IMG/VR virus record: IMGVR_UViG_3300048924_000100
Coordinates: 150,199 to 214,198 of that record
Length of the DNA: 64,000 nucleotides
Strand: one strand, 5' to 3'
In this document: positions 54,312 through 62,183 of the stretch, piece after piece
Layout of the letters: every line of letters starts with the position of its first letter
How positions within the stretch are numbered: position 1 is the first letter of the stretch
The notes under the pieces: generated by a model
Database searches by the model: none
Told to the model about the DNA's origin: nothing
What the model saw: the letters and a program-made list of their open reading frames with translations, nothing else
Made by a program: the position numbers and the translations under genes

Positions 54312-54593
54312 GTGTCTAACGCTAAATGCGCATTTAAATACGTCGTGTTCCTTAACGGCATCGTCACCCACTTCCGCAACATGACCCTCGGTCGCGGTAA
54401 CAGCAAGAGCATGACGCAAGTGGCTGAACATCGCTTCTCCCGTTGTATCCAGCGCATCGTGATTACAAAAATCGTGCCTGCTCCTTCCGAGCTGACGCCA
54501 GAAGTACTTTACGCCGGACGACTGGACATGGCGGTAGATGAGGCCATTGCTGATGGCAGCGCTCACAAGCTGTTCAGTAAGTACGCGCGCTAA
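54312..54593 (+). CDS. Small basic hypothetical protein
   Basis: 93 aa, GTG start, biased codon usage. Confidence 0.55.
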   Translation: MSNAKCAFKYVVFLNGIVTHFRNMTLGRGNSKSMTQVAEHRFSRCIQRIVITKIVPAPSELTPEVLYAGRLDMAVDEAIADGSAHKLFSKYAR

Positions 54594-54623
54594 CAACAAC
54601 ATTCATTAGGGGGACGTGGGGCA

Positions 54624-55547
54624 ATGGCTTTGAAGACTGATACTGAGTTTAAACCTGTTCTGTGCATCTATCACAAAGACTGTCTGGACGGCATCGGTGC
54701 CGCATGGGTGGTGTGGCGCCATTTCAAGAACATGGGTATTGACATCGAGTTGGTGGCTGCTGCTTACAAAGACAAGCTGCCGGTCGTCGATGGCAAGGTG
54801 GTTTACGTAGTTGACTTCAGTTATCCGCGCGATGTCATGGTAGAACTGTTAGGGCGTGCGCATGACGTGGTGGTTCTGGATCACCATACCAGTGCCAAAA
54901 GAAACCTGGAAGGGCTCTTCGTTGTCGACGAGAGTCATTCTGGCGCCATGCTGGCCTGGAAGTATTTCAATAGCACTCCTCCACCAGAAGGTTTGCTGTA
55001 CGTTGAAGACCGAGACCTGTGGAAGTTCAAATACCCGAATACCAACAATTGGGTAACCGCAGCGTTCTCCTATCCGTTCAACGTTGAGCAGTTCGATGCA
55101 CTGATGAACAGCGACCCACTGGACCTCATCCACGAGGGCAAGATCCTGTTGCGTAAGCACCAGCAAGACACCGGTCGTGTAGCATTGAACGCCCGCATGA
55201 TGAAGTGCATGGGGTATACGGTACCCGTGGTAAACGCCAACATTTTCTTTGCGTCTGACCTGGGCGACATGCTCTCCAAGGATTACCCGTTCGCACTGAT
55301 CTACATGGATCTACCACACGGACGTAAGTACTCCATTCGCTGCCAGAAGAAGTGTATGGACGTTTCCAAGATCGCCGAATACTTTGGTGGTGGCGGTCAT
55401 GCTGACGCCTCGGGTTTCTCGATCCGTTATGACGACAAGCGTTTTGCCCGTAGTCATGAAGTGCTCGACTATTCGTTGCGCGACAAGATCATGGCTTATC
55501 TGAAGAACCCAATCGTCACGCTGAAGTTTCTACTAGGGAAGAAGTAA
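54624..55547 (+). CDS. DHH/DHHA1 phosphoesterase (NrnB/nanoRNase-like)
   Basis: 307 aa; HKDCLDG, VVDFS, LDHH, EDRDLW, GGGGHADASGF. Confidence 0.88.
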   Translation: MALKTDTEFKPVLCIYHKDCLDGIGAAWVVWRHFKNMGIDIELVAAAYKDKLPVVDGKVVYVVDFSYPRDVMVELLGRAHDVVVLDHHTSAKRNLEGLFVVDESHSGAMLAWKYFNSTPPPEGLLYVEDRDLWKFKYPNTNNWVTAAFSYPFNVEQFDALMNSDPLDLIHEGKILLRKHQQDTGRVALNARMMKCMGYTVPVVNANIFFASDLGDMLSKDYPFALIYMDLPHGRKYSIRCQKKCMDVSKIAEYFGGGGHADASGFSIRYDDKRFARSHEVLDYSLRDKIMAYLKNPIVTLKFLLGKK

Positions 55548-55835
55548 ATGCGGGCAGTCAAATTCTTTCGTTACGCTGGGATCTGGCGTTATAAAGAGAT
55601 CGGCAAGGATGTGGCGGACAAGGTAGATACGCGTGCCCTGGAAAGCATCCTGGGGGTCATGGGTGGTCCGTTGGTGTATGTTTGCCGTGACACTGGTAAG
55701 CCAGAGATGGAGAAGCTGCGCATCGAAGTGCGTAACGGGTTTGTCGTCCGCGCTTCTATGGCGGAACACGACAACGTACCTTTTGCTGAAGGTACCGAAG
55801 TCGAAGAGTTCTACATTCGACCATTGAGCAATTAA
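55548..55835 (+). CDS. Hypothetical protein
   Basis: 95 aa, abuts the DHH gene stop. Confidence 0.6.
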   Translation: MRAVKFFRYAGIWRYKEIGKDVADKVDTRALESILGVMGGPLVYVCRDTGKPEMEKLRIEVRNGFVVRASMAEHDNVPFAEGTEVEEFYIRPLSN

Positions 55836-55848
55836 AGAGATGCGACTC

Positions 55849-56016
55849 ATGGAAAGCGATAACCTGTTCTTTGTAGAAAGTGATCGTTACGGGTTCGGGT
55901 ACCTGATGGCCCCAGAGCGTTATGACGATATCCTCATCGCCACCGAGCGGCTGAAGACCCGTATCCAATCAGGCGCCACCCTGGTGCGTGTGGAAGTCAA
56001 ACGTACCAAGGGTTAA
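55849..56016 (+). CDS. Small hypothetical protein (55 aa, absent from ORF track)
   Basis: Hand-translated MESDNLFFVESDRYGFGYLMAPERYDDILIATERLKTRIQSGATLVRVEVKRTKG; fills the gap between neighbours. Confidence 0.55.
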   Translation: MESDNLFFVESDRYGFGYLMAPERYDDILIATERLKTRIQSGATLVRVEVKRTKG

Positions 56017-56020
56017 GCAC

Positions 56021-56470
56021 ATGAAACCGGATTACAGTTACATCAGTGTGCAGCTTAAGTCAGAGATGCAGGCCGAGATCATTTCTACTCTGATCCTGGC
56101 GGGTATCTCTCCAGAAGCCAAACATGAACTACACGCCACCATGGTGTATGACGATCGCAGCATCGCAGCGCCGTTGTGCGACCTGGCGCCATCTTCCAAG
56201 GAATTCTCGGCGAACGTCATTGCCCTGGAAACTTTGGGGGACGGTCTGGTGTTCAAACTCACCAGCGTTGATATGCTGGAAGAGTTTCGCCGTTTAAAGG
56301 AAGCCGGGTATCAACACTCTTACGGCACGCCTTTGTTCCACATGTCGCTGAAGTATGACTTCGATAAGTATGACATCCTCGCGCTTAATCAGGCGTTTGC
56401 TAATTGGGGTGGTCGTACGCTGATCTTCAACAACGAGCAGTACGGTATCACGAAACCAAAGAAAACGTAA
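56021..56470 (+). CDS. acb1: Acb1-like 2H phosphodiesterase (anti-CBASS nuclease family)
   Basis: 149 aa from ATG 56021. HAT (H38) and HMS (H107) motifs 69 residues apart, as recalled for T4 Acb1 H44/H113; N-terminal YISV strand; LVFKLTS segment. Confidence 0.72.
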   Translation: MKPDYSYISVQLKSEMQAEIISTLILAGISPEAKHELHATMVYDDRSIAAPLCDLAPSSKEFSANVIALETLGDGLVFKLTSVDMLEEFRRLKEAGYQHSYGTPLFHMSLKYDFDKYDILALNQAFANWGGRTLIFNNEQYGITKPKKT

Positions 56471-56477
56471 CTCGGTA

Positions 56478-56528
56478 CTACTCCTACTCCCTTTATCGGG
56501 GAGTAGGAGTAGGATACCTTTATTTTTT
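56478..56528 (+). terminator. Intrinsic terminator closing the rnhA-DHH-acb1 operon
   Basis: Stem ctactcctactccc/gggagtaggagtag followed by a T-rich tract. Confidence 0.8.
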
Positions 56529-56557
56529 GCTTTTTGAGTTACAGCTTATTTCAGAAC

Positions 56558-56565
56558 TACATCAT
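56558..56565 (+). promoter_or_regulatory. Possible early promoter variant (aacTACATCAT)
   Basis: Degenerate match upstream of the 46-aa ORF. Confidence 0.35.
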
Positions 56566-56606
56566 CCGTGTGTATAAACAACATACTTCTTTTAGGAGTT
56601 ATCGAA

Positions 56607-56747
56607 ATGAGAACCGCGCTGTTCCTTATCGGGATGTTAAGCATTGTAACTTCCTGCGTAATGGTCGCGGGTCAGCTTGATACTTCCGACAACCTCAATA
56701 GCACTGAGTACATCACTCGGGGCATTATGCAAGCCATACAACGGTAA
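56607..56747 (+). CDS. Small secreted or lipoprotein candidate (46 aa, absent from ORF track)
   Basis: TAGGAG RBS; MRTALFLIGMLSIVTSC.. signal peptide with lipobox-like VTS-C. Confidence 0.6.
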   Translation: MRTALFLIGMLSIVTSCVMVAGQLDTSDNLNSTEYITRGIMQAIQR

Positions 56748-56755
56748 TGTAGAAA

Positions 56756-56800
56756 TTTAAGATACAGTTGGTTTCACGTCTATATTACTTGTGTGATTAA
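56756..56800 (+). promoter_or_regulatory. Early promoter element, copy 2 (TATATTAC at 56781-56788)
   Basis: 41/45 nt identical to 20554-20598. Confidence 0.8.
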
Positions 56801-56857
56801 TAATAAAGATTATTCGTATCTAAGAATAGTCTAACCCAATTTAACAGGAGCACCGCT

Positions 56858-58006
56858 ATGAATACCAAGAACCAAGAAGTTGCCAACATCGCTTCCATGA
56901 TGGTAGCGGTCATCACCCAACTTCGTACTGATGGCGCACCGGAGCCGATTCAATTGGCTTATGCTAAAACGGTGATGATGGATCAGGAACAGGTCAATAC
57001 TCGTGACCGCCAGCCTGTGCTTCAACTGGTGAACAACCAGCTCGGTACCAAATGGTCTTTCAACCAGATCAAGAAAGCCGAGAACTTCGTCCAGAACAAT
57101 GAACCAATCAAGGTTCAAGAACTGAACGGTACTGCACAGGTCAATGTCTCCGGCCAACCTGCTGAAGCCACTTTCGTTGAGAAGGCTCCTCAGGTTGATG
57201 GCCACGTGCACCTGCAACAAACCAACAACGCAGAAACCACTGCGCCTGACCAAGCCGGTCAAACTTCTTCTATCAACTCCACTGCAAACGAACAGGAAAA
57301 CGACACCATGAACGCACAAGTAAACGCTACCTCCAACATCGCTGAAAACGTTAAAGCCTTCGCACTGGCCATGTCCCTGGTCGGCCGCAACACCGCTGAA
57401 CAACGCGCCGAAGCCTGGACCGCGTTCATTGCTACCTCGCCTGAACAAGCTGCTCTGTGGGCTCTGTTCTCGGCAACTGCTGACGCCACCAAGTCGTTCG
57501 ACGAGAACTTCGTCACGTTCAGCGAAGGCCTGGGCGAAGAAGAAGGCAAGACTCTGGTCACCAACTTCATGCGCTGGTCTGCAGCTAACCAGCCAAAAGG
57601 TGATGCTCACTACTCCGACAAGTCGCGTTACAGCCTGATGGGCGATCGTGACGAAGGCATTCGTACCAGCTGGATCGCAGTAGGCTCCGCAGTGATCGGC
57701 GGTGGTATGGAAGCATTCGCCCGTGGTGGTCTGAACGTCGGTTCGGCGGTCGGTACCGTAGTGGGTGGTGTTGCTGCATTCTTCGCTGGTGAGCAGGTTG
57801 ACCAGCACGTAGAGAGCCAGTTCGGTCGCTACGTAGTCGGCGGCATGATCGGTCTGGGCCTGGGTGGTGCTGGTGCGGCCCTGGGTCGTAGCGTCCTGCC
57901 TGGTAACCCACTGCTCGAAATGAACAACAACGTCGCTGCTGCACCGGCTCGTATCGAAGCTCAGCCTACCGCGCCACAAGGCTCGCTCGGCTTCTTCGGC
58001 ATGTAA
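56858..58006 (+). CDS. Early protein with C-terminal glycine-zipper membrane domain
   Basis: 382 aa, CAGGAG RBS, extreme codon bias; C-terminus aligns with 20642-20974 (GDR[ND][DE]G[VI] plus GxxxG helices). Confidence 0.75.
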   Translation: MNTKNQEVANIASMMVAVITQLRTDGAPEPIQLAYAKTVMMDQEQVNTRDRQPVLQLVNNQLGTKWSFNQIKKAENFVQNNEPIKVQELNGTAQVNVSGQPAEATFVEKAPQVDGHVHLQQTNNAETTAPDQAGQTSSINSTANEQENDTMNAQVNATSNIAENVKAFALAMSLVGRNTAEQRAEAWTAFIATSPEQAALWALFSATADATKSFDENFVTFSEGLGEEEGKTLVTNFMRWSAANQPKGDAHYSDKSRYSLMGDRDEGIRTSWIAVGSAVIGGGMEAFARGGLNVGSAVGTVVGGVAAFFAGEQVDQHVESQFGRYVVGGMIGLGLGGAGAALGRSVLPGNPLLEMNNNVAAAPARIEAQPTAPQGSLGFFGM

Positions 58007-58021
58007 CTCGCCGTAGCTGTA

Positions 58022-58052
58022 AAGGGGATCGAAAGGTCCCCTTATTTTTTAT
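58022..58052 (+). terminator. Intrinsic terminator
   Basis: aaggggatc-GAAA-ggtcccctt plus T-run. Confidence 0.8.
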
Positions 58053-58108
58053 TAACACCCAACCCTTTTGTAACACACCCCATTAACTCATTTTGAAGGA
58101 ACAAAATC

Positions 58109-58426
58109 ATGACTGAAGAATTCAAAGTCCGCGACAAAGTAATCGTGGCAAACGAAGAAAATGCTAACGCCAACCGTGTGGTTGAGTTGGTTGCTTACGT
58201 ACACCCTGGCAACACCGTGCACCACTTCGACGGTTACTTTACCGCTGATGTGGAAGGTGGCTGGATTGTTACTGCGCAAGACCTGGTTCGCAAGACCAAC
58301 TTCCGCGGGGAGATCATCAGCGACTTCGCTTTGGTGAAGCCATCTGAAATCCGTGAACTTGGTGCCGAGGAGGTTGCTTTCCTCCCAAAGCCCAAGGTGA
58401 ATAACCGTTACATGGTAGCAGCCTAA
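58109..58426 (+). CDS. Small beta-rich protein, paralog of 58743-59066
   Basis: 105 aa, AAGGA RBS; F.V.D..IV...N..R.V.L...V....GWIV...DL pattern. Confidence 0.65.
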   Translation: MTEEFKVRDKVIVANEENANANRVVELVAYVHPGNTVHHFDGYFTADVEGGWIVTAQDLVRKTNFRGEIISDFALVKPSEIRELGAEEVAFLPKPKVNNRYMVAA

Positions 58427-58446
58427 CATTGTTTTACTGCTGAACC

Positions 58447-58454
58447 TATCTTAT
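58447..58454 (+). promoter_or_regulatory. Possible early promoter variant (aaccTATCTTAT)
   Basis: Degenerate match upstream of the 50-aa ORF. Confidence 0.3.
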
Positions 58455-58483
58455 CCCTTACCCGCAATAAAAGGATTTATACA

Positions 58484-58636
58484 GTGGTCCATACACGTCG
58501 TGTTATTACTTCCCTGCCTGCCAGCATGTATTCCTCTAATGGGAGTGCAGACTATCAGCGCTACATCAAAGGGGTTGGACGCCCGGCAGCAAAACGCAAC
58601 CTACTGAAAAAGATCTGTGACTGGATCTGGGGATAG
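58484..58636 (+). CDS. Small basic peptide (50 aa, absent from ORF track)
   Basis: AAGGA RBS, GTG start; ends LLKKICDWIWG; followed by a hairpin. Confidence 0.5.
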   Translation: MVHTRRVITSLPASMYSSNGSADYQRYIKGVGRPAAKRNLLKKICDWIWG

Positions 58637-58643
58637 TGCGGTA

Positions 58644-58675
58644 TACTACTTCCTGGGCTTGCCTGGGAAGTAGTA
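58644..58675 (+). terminator. Hairpin terminator
   Basis: Stem tactacttcc/ggaagtagta. Confidence 0.6.
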
Positions 58676-58707
58676 CTATTCACACAACTTTTAATTTTTC
58701 ATAAACC

Positions 58708-58715
58708 TATATTAC
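58708..58715 (+). promoter_or_regulatory. Early promoter (aaaccTATATTAC)
   Basis: Exact consensus 28 nt upstream of the 58743 start. Confidence 0.75.
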
Positions 58716-58742
58716 CTGTCTGATAAAGGATCGGTCGTCAAG

Positions 58743-59066
58743 ATGAACTACCAGAATCTGCAAGTAGGGGATATCTGCATCGTTGTAACAAGTGACCCCA
58801 AAATTGAAATCAATAATCTCGGTCGTTGTGTAACGCTCGAGAAGTTTGTTCCTGCTGGCGCGGGGCATCTGGAGTTTAACGGTGTTAAATACCAGTGTAT
58901 CTCCGAAGACGGCTGGATTGTAAGCGGTGACGATCTCTGGTGCTGGTCAATGCGCGACGGATACCACAAGTCTGCACACACCGGTGTTTACGCTCGTCGC
59001 CTAAGAAAGATTGGCGATAAAGATTGTTCCAACATTAAATCAACTGGAAGGGAAGTAACAGCATGA
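58743..59066 (+). CDS. Small beta-rich protein, paralog of 58109-58426
   Basis: 107 aa, AAGGA RBS; LQVGDICIVV...NNLGRCVTL...DGWIVSGDDL. Confidence 0.65.
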   Translation: MNYQNLQVGDICIVVTSDPKIEINNLGRCVTLEKFVPAGAGHLEFNGVKYQCISEDGWIVSGDDLWCWSMRDGYHKSAHTGVYARRLRKIGDKDCSNIKSTGREVTA

Positions 59067-60583
59067 AGAAAATTAACCTGCTCCCGTTTTTCGATCTGTA
59101 TGCGGGTACCTGGAGCCAGCAGGACCTGTTTAAGGAAGTCCTTACCGTCTATGACGAAGAGTTAGCTATAAAGGTGATCAACAGCATCGGCAAGCACATG
59201 CTGTCGGTTGGTACACCGTCTGGCCAGAACCTGAACACTGACTGCGTGCTGGAGCGTTTCCGCAGCAACACCTACGACATCGACCTGGTCGTTGATTGGC
59301 TTCGTTCTGAAGACGGTGACCTTGCAGATCGTGAACATGGCTACGGGGCTCTCTGGGTGGGCGAAGGTTTCCAGATCGCGTTCAAGAATCGTCCGGAAGG
59401 TGCTGAAAAGTACTACGATCCTAAACCAGCTTTGGATCGGGTCAGGGTAATCGACCTGAAGGCCTACTTCACCAAGTCGGCGTTGCATATTTCGGAGAGC
59501 CGTAAGTTCTGGAATGAAAATCAGTCGGCTATTGCTGACTTCGTTGGGACTATCGAAACGCATAACGCCTGGGATATTCAGCGCTTCATGGTCAAGGTGG
59601 ATAACGCGATTGCGGATCCGCGTGTATCTGACGCTGAAGAGGCTTACCTGATACTGGGTAAGTTGTACGACATCTCCAGCGCCAACTATATCAACGAGCG
59701 GTTGCAGAAGATCGTCACCGACCTTGTGCTCTCACATCCTGAGCGCGATGCTCGATTCATTGTGGCGACTGTTCCGAAAGAGGTAAAGGCAGGGGAAGGG
59801 CGTTTCTACCACGAACGCCAGGCTGGTCGTCATCGTTCTGGTCAGTGGGGTCATATCAGTGATGAAATGATTGCTGAACTGCTCAACCACTTCGCTGTAA
59901 CACAGATCCTGCCGTTCCCACCCTTTGCAACCAACATGCCGATTCCTAATGGCCTGGATCTGGTGAACCTGATACAAGAACGGCTGGGTCGTAACTCGCA
60001 AACGCAGTACGCCGGCTACGGTCATGGTGAACGGCCTGGCTTTATGCACCAGCAGGCCTCGATGTACCGTACCAACTTCAACGGACCTGGTTACAGCTAC
60101 TTCAACCAACAAATGAATGAATTTTCGGCGCCGCCGGTGAGTAACGGGGAGTACCGCCGTCAGAGTCATACCGGTGGTTGGGTGTGGTATCCAAACACTC
60201 CGTTGTTCATGTCGATCAACGTGGGCCCGATAGATGCCTCTCTTCCAGGTACTCTGGACAAACTCCTCCTTGAGATCGCCAAGAACATGGAGGGTTACGC
60301 CCAAGCGGGAGAACGCCACATCAACGACATGCTGAAAGAGATCAAAGTTACACTCGAGAACCATCCAGACACACCCAAACTGTTACTGGAGAACGATCAA
60401 GTTACTTTGTTTGTTGGCAGGCGGGAGCATATCTATCCGTTTGTAAGTGCAGTCACTGACACCTACTTCACTAACTGGGCGTTGGCCAGTGGTGCCTGGA
60501 ATCCCCAGGAAGAATACAAGCCAGCCCAGGTGATCAACACCTGCCAGGGTATTGGTACACGTATTCCTGGTTGGTATTTCTAA
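59063..60583 (+). CDS. Hypothetical protein
   Basis: 506 aa, ATGA overlap; no motif recognised. Confidence 0.75.
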   Translation: MKKINLLPFFDLYAGTWSQQDLFKEVLTVYDEELAIKVINSIGKHMLSVGTPSGQNLNTDCVLERFRSNTYDIDLVVDWLRSEDGDLADREHGYGALWVGEGFQIAFKNRPEGAEKYYDPKPALDRVRVIDLKAYFTKSALHISESRKFWNENQSAIADFVGTIETHNAWDIQRFMVKVDNAIADPRVSDAEEAYLILGKLYDISSANYINERLQKIVTDLVLSHPERDARFIVATVPKEVKAGEGRFYHERQAGRHRSGQWGHISDEMIAELLNHFAVTQILPFPPFATNMPIPNGLDLVNLIQERLGRNSQTQYAGYGHGERPGFMHQQASMYRTNFNGPGYSYFNQQMNEFSAPPVSNGEYRRQSHTGGWVWYPNTPLFMSINVGPIDASLPGTLDKLLLEIAKNMEGYAQAGERHINDMLKEIKVTLENHPDTPKLLLENDQVTLFVGRREHIYPFVSAVTDTYFTNWALASGAWNPQEEYKPAQVINTCQGIGTRIPGWYF

Positions 60584-60598
60584 CCCGTAACTGAATAG

Positions 60599-60626
60599 CC
60601 GTGGGGAAACAACTCCCCACGGTTTA
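60599..60626 (+). terminator. Hairpin terminator
   Basis: Stem ccgtgggga/tccccacgg plus ttt. Confidence 0.6.
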
Positions 60627-60628
60627 AC

Positions 60629-61144
60629 TTGACTATTAAGGAACGTATCGTGGATCCACAAGAAATCGTAGCAGACCTGTCCCCTATCGAACAGGAAAAC
60701 CAAGTGCTGGAGTATTTCAAAAATAACTTCACAACTAATCCTAAGAAGCTGTGCAAAATGGCTCGTCGGATTTGGAATGATCAGCCTGAGTTCATCCAGC
60801 GTGGTCTGTTGCAGAACATTCTCGATGATGTGAACCCTGCCAAGATGTTGAAGATGTTTTTCAAGATGATGGCTGAGTGGAAACAGATCGTACCTGACCT
60901 GATTGCTGATGGCGCTCACGGTATGATCGTCGACAACAAGAACGTCATCTACGGCATCGAGGTCAAGGCCAACCCGAAATGGTTGCGTGAAAACGATCGC
61001 TGGGATCTTGGGCAGGAAGCTGACATCCAGGACGAAGTTATTAAGCAGTGGATGGCTGATCAAGGCCTTAAACACTTCCACGGAAAGATTGCTTTGTTTG
61101 ACGAGTTCGGCTTCTCAGGGATGGCACGGGAGATCTTTCTGTGA
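60629..61144 (+). CDS. Hypothetical protein
   Basis: 171 aa, TTG start uncertain. Confidence 0.55.
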   Translation: MTIKERIVDPQEIVADLSPIEQENQVLEYFKNNFTTNPKKLCKMARRIWNDQPEFIQRGLLQNILDDVNPAKMLKMFFKMMAEWKQIVPDLIADGAHGMIVDNKNVIYGIEVKANPKWLRENDRWDLGQEADIQDEVIKQWMADQGLKHFHGKIALFDEFGFSGMAREIFL

Positions 61145-61500
61145 CGGATAAACCGCATTACAACTATGATGTGGCTAAGATCGTAGGCGATGCTATCGGC
61201 GCACAGCTTAAAGACCTTAATAAAGAACACGTCATGGCGGCCATCGAGGAAATCCTGGATGACTACACTTATGGTGTGTTCGGTGTGAGTGTGATCGATG
61301 CGTTGCGCCGTGTAAAGCTTCCTGGTAAGGGGGCGACTCAATGCATTCAAACACTGGCTGAAGGTCGAGCTGTTTTGGTCTCGTCCTACGGCTTTAACGT
61401 AAAGACTGATACCAAATGTAAGTGCGGTCGCGCTTTCTTGGTGTTGGACGAAATGAACCGTCAAGACTTTGACGACGAGATGGAAAACATGGGGGGCTAG
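61141..61500 (+). CDS. Hypothetical protein
   Basis: 119 aa, GTGA overlap with the upstream gene. Confidence 0.55.
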   Translation: MTDKPHYNYDVAKIVGDAIGAQLKDLNKEHVMAAIEEILDDYTYGVFGVSVIDALRRVKLPGKGATQCIQTLAEGRAVLVSSYGFNVKTDTKCKCGRAFLVLDEMNRQDFDDEMENMGG

Positions 61501-62175
61501 ATGGCTATTGATAGAGCGCTCGAACGAGCTAAACTTCTTTGTATTAAAGCAGGCTTAAATCCGGAAGGGCTCCAGCGGTTTGAAGGTGAGGAAGGTCCCT
61601 GCTTCCTGACTGCTGATTGCCGGCACGGGCTCACGCCAGGTCTCGATGAGTTCCTGAAGATGAGTGAAGAATTTGTGTCTATGAAAATGCTGATCAATCA
61701 GGAGCTTCCTCAATCCGGTTACACTGTTCGGACGAATGATGCTTTCGAGTTCGATCGCAGGGCTCCTACGTTGTCTCATGCTGTTGACGGGACGGTGGAC
61801 GTCAGTCAGGTCAAGAACCTCGCTAGAATGTTTGAGGGGCTAAGCTTTGGCCGTAGTGCCCCGACTGCTATTGGCCATGAGCACGGCTCCAGAGATCGCT
61901 ATGGCAACGTTCTCCTTAATCCAGCACCGTGCCCAACCTGTGGACGTGAAGATCCAGAGCCTGAGTTCACAGAACCCGGTAACCGCCGTATGGTGCGCTC
62001 TGAGTGGCTGGTCTGGTATGCACTCAAGCATGACCTGGGTTTAACGCATGCCTGGGAAGCAGCTGCTAAAAAGGTTATCGAAAACGAGTTTGGTGAAAAG
62101 ACCCGTTGGCGTGTAACTGCTTACCGTGATCCGCATGATCCTCGCTTAGTAAGGATTAAATACAACGACGAATGA
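61501..62175 (+). CDS. Hypothetical protein with a CxxC motif
   Basis: 224 aa, abuts the upstream stop; CPTC. Confidence 0.6.
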   Translation: MAIDRALERAKLLCIKAGLNPEGLQRFEGEEGPCFLTADCRHGLTPGLDEFLKMSEEFVSMKMLINQELPQSGYTVRTNDAFEFDRRAPTLSHAVDGTVDVSQVKNLARMFEGLSFGRSAPTAIGHEHGSRDRYGNVLLNPAPCPTCGREDPEPEFTEPGNRRMVRSEWLVWYALKHDLGLTHAWEAAAKKVIENEFGEKTRWRVTAYRDPHDPRLVRIKYNDE

Positions 62176-62183
62176 GGTGTCCA

